Below, in pieces: positions 37,393 through 47,384 of a DNA stretch of 64,000 nucleotides. The notes under the pieces are model-generated. The model was not told the DNA's origin. It did no database searches and saw nothing but the letters and a program-made list of their open reading frames with translations. Source of the DNA: a bacterium (GTDB taxonomy: Bacteria; Patescibacteriota; Minisyncoccia; Phycocordibacterales; JAGLPS01); the NCBI GenBank assembly GCA_030690305.1, contig JAUYHB010000027.1, forward strand, positions 79,670 to 143,669, given 5' to 3'. Position numbers and translations under genes: made by a program. Numbering within the stretch: the stretch's first letter is position 1; the number at the start of each line of letters is the position of its first letter.

Positions 37393-39180
37393 TTAGCGGG
37401 AAATGGATGTGCCGCTCCGTACACCTCCACCGCCTATAAGCGATGGCGCACTTTGTGTTGTTGTTTGGGCCGTGCCTGAGGCAATAGTTCGCACGACAAT
37501 CTGTTGTCCTTCCGATACTCCGGATAGTATTTCCGTATTTGTATCATCAGTGAGGCCGATTTCCACGGGAATTCTTTCCGGTGTAACTGCCGATGGCACT
37601 CCCTGTGTACCGCCTGTCACCTGGAGAGCGGGATTGAATACCTGCACATAATTCATGCCACTTTGCGTCACAATCGCGCTTGCGGGAACCGTGAGCACGT
37701 CTTGCCGTGCCTCGGTAATAATGGAAGCGTTGACGGTCATCCCCGGTTTTATCCTTTCATCCTGCGTATCAAAAGAAATCTTAATCGCATAGGATACAAC
37801 GCCTTGCGAAACCGTACCTACCGCATCCATTTCCACAACCTCACCAGTAAGCGTAAGGTCCTCTACCGCATCAAATGTCAGCGTTACTTTGTTTCCGAGT
37901 TTTATTTTTGCCGCATCGACTTCATTGAGAGAGAGTGAAGCTATTTTTTGATTGGTAATAACAGTTGCCGCTGCAGTTCCCGTTGACACCGTATCAAACC
38001 GTTTGATATTTAAAGATGTGATTACGCCGCTAAAAGGTGCCGTAATAGTATAGTTTGCAAGATTGTTTTTAAGCTCTTGCAAACTGCGTTCCTGGTCGGA
38101 AATACTATATGCACTTGATTGAAGGCTGATTGGATTTTCGCCTGTGGGATTACCGATTTTGAGAATTTCCAAATTTCTTTCATCGTCACGTATAGATTTT
38201 TTTGAGGCATCAAGAGACTTTTGTTGGGCTAGAAGCGAACTCAATGTGCTGTTTGTAGTTGCAAGATAGCTTTTTGCATTCGTACGCATAGTGGTAATTG
38301 CAGAATTTACAGTGGTATTGTGCTGATTAGCATAATCGATTGCGGTATCAAGAAGATTGAGAACGCTTTGAAGCGCTTGGGCTATCGCGGTCGTGGTATC
38401 AATTGATTCGGTAAGAATTTTCTCAAGATCATCGCCGCTCGAGTACCGTGTAAGTGTTTTATAATTAATCAGGCCCTTGTCGTATTTACCTCTGGCAATA
38501 GAATGATCGCTTTTGGCCGTGTCGGCAAAATTATTGAAGGTCTCGTATCCCGCATCGTTGACCTGAACCACGTTTATAATAACATCCACGTTCCATTGGG
38601 ACTTACTGGGGCTTAGGTCATATCCATACAATACGTTGTAAAGCCCAGTAACAACGGTGGGTAAATTTAAATACGTGTCCGACAGTGTGTTAAAAGTATC
38701 GTTGTATGTTGAAGTGAGTTCCTTTTTCGCGTCATCAAGCGCTTCATTTGCTTTATCAAAATCAATAGGAGCTTGCGCGGAATCTTTTTGGAATTGTAGT
38801 TTTGCTTGTGCGAGTGACTGTTCGGCGTCCGCAATAGACTGTTTCGCATCCGTTGCATCAATTGAAGCAAGTGCCTGGCCCGCGTACACCGTGTCCCCTG
38901 CTTTTACTCCAACCCAGACAATGTCGCCACCGGCTTTAGGTTTTATGTCTATCGAATCGGAAGAGGAAACCTGTCCTGAAGCGGAAACTGAGGCGATAAC
39001 CGTGCCTCGCGTTACCGTTCCGAGGACATAACGAGTCTCGGTTGTTTTACCGCGCATTGCGGCAAAAGCCGTATACCCTCCGTACACGAGGGCCAGCACG
39101 ATTATCACGCTCACGATTTTATGCGCTTTAGAAAACTTAATTATATTGTTAACGATTTTGTATGAGAAAATTTTTTTCAT
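37393..39180 (-). CDS. HlyD/MacA-family periplasmic adaptor (membrane fusion protein) with a long coiled coil
   Basis: 595 aa with an N-terminal TM, coiled-coil region and C-terminal beta domains. Confidence 0.55.
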   Translation of the reverse strand: MKKIFSYKIVNNIIKFSKAHKIVSVIIVLALVYGGYTAFAAMRGKTTETRYVLGTVTRGTVIASVSASGQVSSSDSIDIKPKAGGDIVWVGVKAGDTVYAGQALASIDATDAKQSIADAEQSLAQAKLQFQKDSAQAPIDFDKANEALDDAKKELTSTYNDTFNTLSDTYLNLPTVVTGLYNVLYGYDLSPSKSQWNVDVIINVVQVNDAGYETFNNFADTAKSDHSIARGKYDKGLINYKTLTRYSSGDDLEKILTESIDTTTAIAQALQSVLNLLDTAIDYANQHNTTVNSAITTMRTNAKSYLATTNSTLSSLLAQQKSLDASKKSIRDDERNLEILKIGNPTGENPISLQSSAYSISDQERSLQELKNNLANYTITAPFSGVITSLNIKRFDTVSTGTAAATVITNQKIASLSLNEVDAAKIKLGNKVTLTFDAVEDLTLTGEVVEMDAVGTVSQGVVSYAIKISFDTQDERIKPGMTVNASIITEARQDVLTVPASAIVTQSGMNYVQVFNPALQVTGGTQGVPSAVTPERIPVEIGLTDDTNTEILSGVSEGQQIVVRTIASGTAQTTTQSAPSLIGGGGVRSGTSISR

Positions 39181-39182
39181 AT

Positions 39183-39665
39183 TTATTTAATGGGCGCCTT
39201 CCTTCCTTCAGGCGGTGCGGGAAGAACGCGTATTAGTTTTGCTTCAATTTGAGAATTCTCATTGGGCGACCCCAACACTACGGTAAAATCATCTACCTTC
39301 AAATCGGAAGCGGATATTGTCGTATCAAAATGTCTGATTTGAGTATCGTCCCCAATCAGTATGACTTTTTCAATCTCATCGGGCCCTACCATGACAAACG
39401 TCGGGAGATTGATAGTTACTATCTTCCCCACGGCACCATGCGATTCTATAAAGCCTTCCTGAAGAGGTATTTGAAATGGCCGTGGCCCATGTTCGCCAAA
39501 AGCCCTGTAATAGTTGTCTCCGAAACGGTACGAAAAAGCAGCCTTCCGATATCCGACGAACATACCTGCCTGGAAAATCAGGAGAACTATGAGGGCCAGG
39601 CCTACTCCCACAAGCACTCCCTGAAACGTTTTGGATTGAATAAATTCTTTTAAATTTTTATACAT
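39183..39665 (-). CDS. Membrane-anchored hypothetical protein (DUF5667-like)
   Basis: 160 aa, N-terminal TM. Confidence 0.35.
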   Translation of the reverse strand: MYKNLKEFIQSKTFQGVLVGVGLALIVLLIFQAGMFVGYRKAAFSYRFGDNYYRAFGEHGPRPFQIPLQEGFIESHGAVGKIVTINLPTFVMVGPDEIEKVILIGDDTQIRHFDTTISASDLKVDDFTVVLGSPNENSQIEAKLIRVLPAPPEGRKAPIK

Positions 39666-39673
39666 ACAAATGG

Positions 39674-40099
39674 TTATGAGTGGCTAAATAATGGAAATAA
39701 TCCATTTCGTGTGTTCCGTGCAAATACTTTAATTGAGACGAGTAATGCCACAATGGCCACAAGGGAAACGGTAATCCCCATGAACGGAAGAGATTCCAAA
39801 AGAGAGAGAGCAAACTCTTGCGAATGTGCGAGTACGATGTCCGTATCCGAGAACAGAAGGGAGAAATAACTGTAAAAGCTTGACTGATGCAATTGGGCAA
39901 TTAAAGACTGAATAGAAAATATAATGCCAACAGCTGAAACGGGGGTTACGACAAGGGACCAAAGAAGATACCTTTGCGCCACACGACGTTCTTCTTTTCT
40001 GATATCTAAAAGGATATTGGCCTTAAGCCTTTGAGGTACGTCCAGTTTTTCCGATTCCTTCATACCTACTATACGAAAAAGGGATGCATTTTGGTGCAC
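39674..40099 (-). CDS. Putative anti-sigma factor (small single-pass membrane protein)
   Basis: Immediately downstream of the ECF sigma gene; TM helix. Confidence 0.35.
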   Translation of the reverse strand: MHQNASLFRIVGMKESEKLDVPQRLKANILLDIRKEERRVAQRYLLWSLVVTPVSAVGIIFSIQSLIAQLHQSSFYSYFSLLFSDTDIVLAHSQEFALSLLESLPFMGITVSLVAIVALLVSIKVFARNTRNGLFPLFSHS

Positions 40100-40127
40100 C
40101 CTTTACTCAATCTGTTTATTAGAAAAT

Positions 40128-40703
40128 CTAGACCTGTTCGGCTTCAAACAGCCTGCGTAAAGAAACAAGAGCCCTTCTATACTGGCTTTTGACCGTATGG
40201 AGAGGTTTTTGCAAAATCTTTCCCATTTCGGCAAATGTAAGATTGCCCGAATGTCTAAGCACAAGTACTTCCCTGTATTGCGGATTGAGCTGTATTAAAA
40301 GCGATTCAATGAATCTGGCATCTTCGGCTCTTGCTATCAATTCGTCAGGTAAAGGCTCCCCGTCTGCGAGAGTTTCCGCAAGCATATTTACACCTTGCTC
40401 ATTTTCAAACGATGAGAAAGAAAGTTCTTTTTTCTCGCGCAACCAGTCAATCGCCGTATTGCGGGCAATCGCAAAAAGCCAGCCTTTGAAATTGCTTCCC
40501 TGCCGGTATGTCCGTATATGCTTCCAAGCTTTTATGAAAGAATCCTGGGTGATGTCTTCCGCCGCCTGGAGGTCATGCGTCAATTTGAAAGCGAAGTTGT
40601 ATACATCCTTTAAATACCTGTCTACAAGTAAATTAAGGGCTTTTTCATCCCCTTCCAAGTAATCAACAATCAATTGTTCACTCTCTCTTTTCATTGAAGT
40701 CAA
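40128..40703 (-). CDS. ECF-subfamily RNA polymerase sigma-70 factor
   Basis: Region 2 DITQDSFIKAWKHIRTY. Region 4 REVLVLRHSGNLTFAEMGKILQKPLHTVKSQYRRAL. Confidence 0.7.
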   Translation of the reverse strand: MTSMKRESEQLIVDYLEGDEKALNLLVDRYLKDVYNFAFKLTHDLQAAEDITQDSFIKAWKHIRTYRQGSNFKGWLFAIARNTAIDWLREKKELSFSSFENEQGVNMLAETLADGEPLPDELIARAEDARFIESLLIQLNPQYREVLVLRHSGNLTFAEMGKILQKPLHTVKSQYRRALVSLRRLFEAEQV

Positions 40704-40719
40704 AATTATACCACAAAAA

Positions 40720-42039
40720 TCACTGGAGTGTATTTAGGGCCGCGCGAGTTTTTGGTCCTACAATACCCAGAGGTTCAATGTCATTCGCATTTTGGAAGGC
40801 AATAACCGAAGCGCGGGTGATGGCTCCGAAGTACCCCGTCGGTTCGTCATTAAAGTATCCTTCACGCTTAAGCAAAAGCTGAAGTTCCTGCACGTCATTT
40901 CCCCGCATCCCCTGTTCAAGAAATTTTGTAAAGACAAAAAACGGTCCGGCAACAGGACTGCTTGCCGCATCAAGCGCGGCTCGTGTTCTCGGTCCCACAA
41001 TGCCGATCGGGTCGATTCCTTTCGCATTCTGGAACGCAACAACAGACGCATGCGTAATGGGTCCGAAATACCCCGTCACACCTGCTGAGAAAAAACCGAG
41101 TTCTTTGAGTTTCTGCTGTAATACACGGACGGCCTCCCCTTCCGAACCCTGGGATAACTCTGAAGTCGCAGAAGTTGTATTTGAAACCGGAAGCGTAGGC
41201 AGAAGCCTGAATGAAGCGGCTACTGCCTTGCGGGTAAGCACATCAGCGATTCCTGTCGGTGGCAATTTATTTTCATTTTGAAATTGCCTGACAGCCTCCC
41301 GCGTAACGGAATTATAAGTCTCGGCAATCGCTCCCGCGTAATAGCCAAGAGCTTTAAGTTGTTCGTGGAGTGTGAGGATATCGGGGTCAATCATTCCTTC
41401 CTGGAGGCTTCTTGTGATTAGAACTTGTTCCTCTTCTTCGAGACCGCCCTCGTTTGAATGCATTATTACGCTTCCTCCCGACTGGCCTGAGGATGTTTTG
41501 CCTCCTGAAGCGGCGAGCAAACTTTCATAGGGGTTGATGGCAGTACGGCTCGGGTCCCATATCTCAAAGTGAAGATGTGAGATAGTCGCTTCGGCATTAC
41601 CACTATCGCCGACCCAGCCGATAAGTTGTCCTTTGGTAACGGTTGTTCTACGCTTCAAGCCCGGCGCGTATGCATTCGCTTCCCCACCCTGTCCGTCGTC
41701 GGTTCCCGGTGTGTCGTTATTAAGGTGAAGATATCGGTAAGAAAAACCTTCCGAATCGCGGATGCTAATTGAATATCCCCATGATGCTTGGGGAATTGCA
41801 ATAAAGGTAATGACACCATCGGTGGCGGCTACTACAGGCGTCATTTTATCCGCAATAATATCGATACCGAGATGTGTGCGGGTTCCGCCATCGCGCGGTT
41901 CCGAAAAATCGTCCCTAAAGTTATATTTTCCATTCACCGGAAATACGATGGTTCGAGCCCCCGCGTATACTTGGAAAGAAAAAGAAAAAAAGGCGAGAGC
42001 GATGATTCCCGCGAGGAGTTGTGATGTATAAAGTTTCAT
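40720..42039 (-). CDS. M23 family metallopeptidase with three peptidoglycan-binding (PG_binding_1) repeats
   Basis: HLGIDI and ISHLHFEI motifs. Repeats like LKALGYYAGAIAETYNSVTREAVRQFQ. Confidence 0.6.
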   Translation of the reverse strand: MKLYTSQLLAGIIALAFFSFSFQVYAGARTIVFPVNGKYNFRDDFSEPRDGGTRTHLGIDIIADKMTPVVAATDGVITFIAIPQASWGYSISIRDSEGFSYRYLHLNNDTPGTDDGQGGEANAYAPGLKRRTTVTKGQLIGWVGDSGNAEATISHLHFEIWDPSRTAINPYESLLAASGGKTSSGQSGGSVIMHSNEGGLEEEEQVLITRSLQEGMIDPDILTLHEQLKALGYYAGAIAETYNSVTREAVRQFQNENKLPPTGIADVLTRKAVAASFRLLPTLPVSNTTSATSELSQGSEGEAVRVLQQKLKELGFFSAGVTGYFGPITHASVVAFQNAKGIDPIGIVGPRTRAALDAASSPVAGPFFVFTKFLEQGMRGNDVQELQLLLKREGYFNDEPTGYFGAITRASVIAFQNANDIEPLGIVGPKTRAALNTLQ

Positions 42040-42123
42040 TCTGTTGTTTAGTATGTAAACGTTTCGTGCGGCTGAATCTTACCCATTCTAAGTCAATGTA
42101 GACAGTTGGGCATCATGTAAGGA

Positions 42124-42768
42124 TTATGGATAATTTCTTCCATCTTCGGTTATTGGAATTTTTTCACCTAAATATTTCGGCTTCCTATTGAAGATAAGAT
42201 TGAGTGCTGCTTTCTCATTGGCAAGCACCTCACGGACATAATTACGAAAAAGCATATGTCCGACATCGGCATTTACTCCATAAGCTTTTATTCCAAGTTG
42301 ACGCGCGATAAAAACGGAGCGGGGCAAATGGAATGACTGGGTACAAACAAGAATTGAAGAGACTCCGAAAATGTCACGGGCGCGGTACATACTACTATAC
42401 GTGTCAAAGCCGGCGTGGTCGAGAAAAATGTCCTGGTCCGGAATGCCCTTGCTTATAAGATAGAGGCGAACAGGATTCACTTCATTATGGCTGTCAGTAC
42501 TGTTATCTCCGGAAACAAGAATCTTTGATACTTTTTTGGCTTCATATAGTTTGATGGCCATGTCCGCGCGGTCAATAAAAATGGAAGAAAGTGCGCCGTC
42601 AGGAAAAATTGCCGCTCCGGGAATAAGCGCTGTTTGCGCATCAGGAGCTTTGAGGGCGTCATTGTATATATATGCTTTTGCCCCTGTATAAATAACTATA
42701 TTGGTAGCAAAGACAAAAATAATTAAAAGCCCCAAACCCAATGCAATAAAAAGTAAGAGACGCTTCAT
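42124..42768 (-). CDS. YdcF/ElyC/SanA (DUF218) family protein
   Basis: N-terminal TM plus a DUF218-like core; architecture-based. Confidence 0.4.
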   Translation of the reverse strand: MKRLLLFIALGLGLLIIFVFATNIVIYTGAKAYIYNDALKAPDAQTALIPGAAIFPDGALSSIFIDRADMAIKLYEAKKVSKILVSGDNSTDSHNEVNPVRLYLISKGIPDQDIFLDHAGFDTYSSMYRARDIFGVSSILVCTQSFHLPRSVFIARQLGIKAYGVNADVGHMLFRNYVREVLANEKAALNLIFNRKPKYLGEKIPITEDGRNYP

Positions 42769-42797
42769 CTCTCAAGTATACCCTTTCTTACCGTCAA

Positions 42798-43691
42798 CTA
42801 TTCGGTACCCGCTTGTGCGGGTATTTGACCGTAGTAATTGAAAAGCGCCTGGATACCGGCGAGGTTTTTTCCCCATTCAATGGTCCCGTGGGTAGAAAGT
42901 TCCACGGTAATCGCGGGAATGTTTATGGAAGCAAGCCACCCTTCGGCATCTCCCGTGATTTCATATACATCGAATGATTTAACAGCCGGATATCCCGATG
43001 CGCGCGAATAGGCATTCATTATGTCGAGTGTTTCGGGAAGAATCCCCGCTTCGCATTCCGACGCGTACACGGCGTTTGATTGGCTGTGCCAGAAGATGAC
43101 GGCCTTCGGATTATTTTCTAAAACGAAATCACGGATAGCCTGCGTTTCTGGCTCGGAAAACGCTTCGGTACCGGCGCTCACCGTTTTTGTCCGCCATGTG
43201 CTTGTGGGCTTCCACTTGCAATCAAAGTTTCGGTTGAGGTCTACATCATTGGCGTTGAAGCGGCCTATCCCCGTAGTATCCGCAACCTTTGGCGCATCCG
43301 CGATTACAAAACGTCCTTCTTTGCCGATTACTTTATACACTCCATCGGGGTTGGCGGACGGAATCACGGTAACGGACACATTGTCGGGAATGACATCCAG
43401 GTTTTCGTCGAGATAATCCATAAACTCATACGAAAGAATAACACTGTTCCATTCGTAACCGCCGTGTATACCTCCGACAAACAAAAGATGCGTTTCCCCT
43501 TTCCCATACGTATATGCGTCAATGTTTCGTCCTTCAACAGACTGGCCGATGACCTCGTGTACAGGCGTGACAGATTCTACTATTGGCAATTCGGGCGTCT
43601 TTTGAAGATTTAGAAACGTAAAGACCCCGATGCCAAGCACCGCAAAAACGAGAACGATTATGACAATCGGTTTCTTAAAAAGAGGCGGCAT
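42798..43691 (-). CDS. M14-family zinc carboxypeptidase-like protein (gamma-D-Glu-diamino acid peptidase-like)
   Basis: FVGGIHGGYEWNSV and NRNFDCKW motifs. Paralogue of the next gene. Confidence 0.5.
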   Translation of the reverse strand: MPPLFKKPIVIIVLVFAVLGIGVFTFLNLQKTPELPIVESVTPVHEVIGQSVEGRNIDAYTYGKGETHLLFVGGIHGGYEWNSVILSYEFMDYLDENLDVIPDNVSVTVIPSANPDGVYKVIGKEGRFVIADAPKVADTTGIGRFNANDVDLNRNFDCKWKPTSTWRTKTVSAGTEAFSEPETQAIRDFVLENNPKAVIFWHSQSNAVYASECEAGILPETLDIMNAYSRASGYPAVKSFDVYEITGDAEGWLASINIPAITVELSTHGTIEWGKNLAGIQALFNYYGQIPAQAGTE

Positions 43692-43713
43692 AGTTCGACA
43701 AGCTCACCACAGG

Positions 43714-44613
43714 TTATTCGGTGTAGTATTCAAGGAGAGCCTTAATGCCCTTTTCGTTTTTAGACCATTCGGTATCCGTGTGATTGGTGAGAAGAACGCT
43801 GATTGCGGGAATATTGTTTTTGGCGAGCCAGTTTACCATGTCGCCCGTTATTTCATAGAAATCAAAATTTTGGAAAGCGGGATATCCCGAAGCGGTAGCG
43901 TATGTGTTGGTAAGCGTCTGTGTTTCCGAAGAAACGCCATTGTGACAGTTTGACGCGAACACTCCTCCGGCGGCACTATACCAGACGACAACCGCTTTCG
44001 GTTTGCTTGTTTCCACGTAATTTTTCATTGCAAGACTTTCAGGCTCTGAAAACGCACTGCTTCCGCCGCTCACGATCTTGTCTTGCCATTTGGCGGAAGT
44101 CTGCCAATCGCAGTCAAAGTTTCGGTTGAGGTCCACGTTGTTGGCATTGAAACGTCCCGCCACCGTCGCGTTTTGTGCCGTAGGAACATCGGCTTGCGTA
44201 AAGCGGCCCGCCGTGCCAACTGTTTTGTTTAATCCATCGGGGTTCAATGCGGGAATGACGGTAACTTTTACGTTCGCGGGAATCGCAGTCGGGTTTGCTT
44301 TGAGATAATCCATCAATTCATACGCGACAAGAACCGTATTCCATTCATACCCGCCGTGTATGCCTCCGACAAAAAGAAGTTCCGTATTACCTTCCCCGTA
44401 GTGATAGGCGGTAATGTCGCGGCCTTCCGCGGATTTTCCGATAACCGTTTGTTCTTTATTTACAGGCTCGGTGTCCGTCCCGCCGGTTTGTTCGTTCCCC
44501 GGTTGATTCGTATCGGTAACGGCCTCATTGGGAACAGCATAGTTTGCCCAAATAAAGTACCCTCCGACGCCCAAAAGAATAACAACTGCCAATATAATAA
44601 GTGTGTTTTTCAT
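43714..44613 (-). CDS. M14-family zinc carboxypeptidase-like protein (tandem paralogue)
   Basis: FVGGIHGGYEWNTV and NRNFDCDW. About 50% identical to 42798-43691 by eye. Confidence 0.5.
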   Translation of the reverse strand: MKNTLIILAVVILLGVGGYFIWANYAVPNEAVTDTNQPGNEQTGGTDTEPVNKEQTVIGKSAEGRDITAYHYGEGNTELLFVGGIHGGYEWNTVLVAYELMDYLKANPTAIPANVKVTVIPALNPDGLNKTVGTAGRFTQADVPTAQNATVAGRFNANNVDLNRNFDCDWQTSAKWQDKIVSGGSSAFSEPESLAMKNYVETSKPKAVVVWYSAAGGVFASNCHNGVSSETQTLTNTYATASGYPAFQNFDFYEITGDMVNWLAKNNIPAISVLLTNHTDTEWSKNEKGIKALLEYYTE

Positions 44614-44688
44614 ATGTTTCAGTATAACATAATGGCTTATAATAATGATTTTTAGGCATTCAGCCGTTTTTGAAACTAGAGAAAAAAG

Positions 44689-45633
44689 TTATCTGAATAT
44701 CACCGAACCGCTGTCGAATTTGAGGTCCAAAACAAGTTCGCCCCGTGAAGTGAAATGGTAGCCCGATGTATTAGTGAGAAGGTTTGCGAATTCGCTTTCC
44801 TGCGAGCCTTCGCAATACATTTTCGTTGACATCATGTCCGTAAACGAAATTTGGCCGCCGTTCGCGGAATATGTTCCGCCCATACTATTGCAATCAGTTT
44901 TAACCGAAAACTTTCCGTCCTTGGAAAAGTCCAGCGTAAACACCCCCGCTTTTTTCGGAAGTATTTCTCTTCCATCGTTGTACAGTGCTCTTATCCATGT
45001 CCAGCTTTTCATATCAAGCGTCATTCTCGATGGGTCCGCTTCTCCTTCAAAGTCCTGCACGACTTCGCCGAACTGCATTGATTGCGGGTCAAGTTTGAGC
45101 CAGATACTTTTGCCCACCGACGGCTGTGCAGTCATGGGTTCTCCGGGCACGCGGTCGGCATAGTTCACTACGATTACGTTTTTATGCGAAGGGTTTTGAC
45201 TTAATTCGGTAGTCTGCGGAGCAATGCGGTCGCCAAGAAGCAGTCCTTGCGAGCCGATATAGCCTCGTTCCGTATTGAGCGCCGCAACGACATAAAAAAA
45301 TTGCCCGCTTCCTCCCGTTTCCTGAGTAAGAAGAAACACGGCGTCCTCTCTGCCATCATCGTTAAGGTCAAGCATTACTTCGTTTCCGAAATAACGAGTG
45401 ATTATTTTTGAAGCGGAATCGGGCGAGGCGTCAATTTCGGAAAGGCCGTTTGAGAGCCTCACACGGTTGCCGTCAATGACATATTCGGCATTTTTGTAAT
45501 CCTTCCCCGCGTACGCCTGTTTTTCGTTATAAATAAAATTGTTAAAGGCAAAAAACAAGGCAACGAGGCCCGCTACGGCAAGAACGACGATGAGACCGAT
45601 GGTTCTGCCGATAAAAAATTTGTTTGGGTTCAT
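44689..45633 (-). CDS. Membrane-anchored protein with VCBS/FG-GAP-like repeat and C-terminal META (HslJ-like, DUF306) domain
   Basis: LDLNDDGREDAVFLLT, and TLDFSKDGKFSVKTDCNSMGGTYSANGGQISFTDMMSTKMYCEG. Confidence 0.45.
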   Translation of the reverse strand: MNPNKFFIGRTIGLIVVLAVAGLVALFFAFNNFIYNEKQAYAGKDYKNAEYVIDGNRVRLSNGLSEIDASPDSASKIITRYFGNEVMLDLNDDGREDAVFLLTQETGGSGQFFYVVAALNTERGYIGSQGLLLGDRIAPQTTELSQNPSHKNVIVVNYADRVPGEPMTAQPSVGKSIWLKLDPQSMQFGEVVQDFEGEADPSRMTLDMKSWTWIRALYNDGREILPKKAGVFTLDFSKDGKFSVKTDCNSMGGTYSANGGQISFTDMMSTKMYCEGSQESEFANLLTNTSGYHFTSRGELVLDLKFDSGSVIFR

Positions 45634-45653
45634 AGTTCGTATATTATAGCCTA

Positions 45654-46859
45654 TTATCTTTTCGGCAAAATATTCCAGATGGCGGGGTCCTGCCCCCCAT
45701 CCAGTTTAAAGATGGCGATGCCGCGCACCCCGAGTTTCTTCGCCAGAGCAATTTTGTCGGCAACAGAGCTCGCGTCACCCCACGTCATCATCCGGAACAC
45801 CTGATTGACATTTGTGGTGTTTGCAAACGTCAGCGCCGCTTGCGCGACATTCTGGCTGTTTTGGATAAATTGAGGTTTGGCGGTGATAGGCGTTGTTGTC
45901 GGCAGATAAGAGAAAAATATTTCCCCTTGTGCGTTTCGCGTGGGTGTAATGCCAAAGGAGTTTGCTATTGGGATTGCGTAGCCGGGATTAAAACTCCACA
46001 GCAAATCATATGCGAAACTGCCGGCATAGGCGGTAACGTTGTATTCGTAGCCGTACGTCGGCACGCCGATGACTATTTTTTTCTTGCTTATGTCTTTGGC
46101 CATAAGCGTTATGACCTTTTCAACCCATGCGGGGTCTGCCACGGGCGCGTACAGTTCCCCTTTTGCTTCCGCTTCGGCCATGAGTTTGAGGTCAATGCTC
46201 TGCTGGTCGTATGCCATAACACGCACGCGGTCGCAGTATTTGTTGATTTCTTTTAAGTCGTTCGCGTAAAGGCTTGCATCGGCAGGAGGAGTGTTGCCGA
46301 AATAGCGGTCGGCAACGGGCGTGCGGGCTTCTATGGTGCACATCACCCACTTATTGCCCATGCGCTGATATAGCCCGCGAAGAAACGTGGAGAAATAATC
46401 TCTGTCTTCCGCACGTTTGCCTTCAAAATCTATATCAATACCGTCAAAATTATTTTCCTTCACGAGCGCGGTGATGGCATCTTCAAGGGCAATACGTGAT
46501 TTCTGATTACTCAATATCTTGTGCAGAAGTTCGGAATTGCTCGTCATGATGGTCGGAATGATACGGACTTTTTGGCGTTTTGCCTCGGCGATGAAACTCA
46601 CCCAGGGCTCTTTATCAAGTGAGCCGTTATCAAGGAAAGTGCCATCGCTTTTAAGCGTATAGACGAACGGGTTTACTTCTATAAGTTGGTTGAGGTGTGG
46701 CAATACATCGGCAGTCCCTGTCGCTGTTCTCCAATACGGTATCCAACCCGAAACCTCAAACGGCGCGTAGATAGGCGCGGCAGATGCGCCGAAGGGCGCA
46801 AGCAGAAAAATAGCCAAAACAAAAAGCGAGAGGAATGATATTCTCATAAGTACTTTCAT
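45654..46859 (-). CDS. Glycoside hydrolase family 18 (chitinase-like/YaaH-like) secreted protein
   Basis: Signal peptide. FDGIDIDFEG matches the GH18 DxDxE motif. Confidence 0.5.
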   Translation of the reverse strand: MKVLMRISFLSLFVLAIFLLAPFGASAAPIYAPFEVSGWIPYWRTATGTADVLPHLNQLIEVNPFVYTLKSDGTFLDNGSLDKEPWVSFIAEAKRQKVRIIPTIMTSNSELLHKILSNQKSRIALEDAITALVKENNFDGIDIDFEGKRAEDRDYFSTFLRGLYQRMGNKWVMCTIEARTPVADRYFGNTPPADASLYANDLKEINKYCDRVRVMAYDQQSIDLKLMAEAEAKGELYAPVADPAWVEKVITLMAKDISKKKIVIGVPTYGYEYNVTAYAGSFAYDLLWSFNPGYAIPIANSFGITPTRNAQGEIFFSYLPTTTPITAKPQFIQNSQNVAQAALTFANTTNVNQVFRMMTWGDASSVADKIALAKKLGVRGIAIFKLDGGQDPAIWNILPKR

Positions 46860-46867
46860 GCTATCTA

Positions 46868-47356
46868 TTATAACGGATAAAGGTTAGGGGTATTACTTCT
46901 TTCAGGGAGCGATTCTACTATTAAAAAGTTTTCTTGGATAGCAGTTGTTTGTGACTGAAACTTATTAAATTTGAGAACATTCACTACAGCAAAAATACAT
47001 AGAAAAAGAATCCCTATCATTAGAAAAATCGCACTCCCAATAGTCAACCAGTCAGCTATCTTACCCCAAGCCCCATTATAGTTCCTTAGTGAACGTACAT
47101 CTTCTTCTTTTCTAGAAAAATGCCAATCCGCCAAAATATACGCAATAATAATCGAGAAGATTGAAAGAAGTAGTAAACTCCACGATATGAAAAGAATCAA
47201 AATATTTGATAGACCAATATTAACGATACCGGTAACAAAAGTTATAGAAAGAACAAAAGTACCCGCTGAAAAAGTGACAAGTAACTTGTCAAACTTTTCC
47301 CTTTCTCGAATACGGGCTTTTCTAATATCTGTTATGATTTCTCCAATTGTTAGCAT
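46868..47356 (-). CDS. Hypothetical membrane protein
   Basis: 162 aa with 3-4 TM helices. Confidence 0.35.
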   Translation of the reverse strand: MLTIGEIITDIRKARIREREKFDKLLVTFSAGTFVLSITFVTGIVNIGLSNILILFISWSLLLLSIFSIIIAYILADWHFSRKEEDVRSLRNYNGAWGKIADWLTIGSAIFLMIGILFLCIFAVVNVLKFNKFQSQTTAIQENFLIVESLPERSNTPNLYPL

Positions 47357-47384
47357 GCTTTAAGATATTTGGAATTTATTTTTA

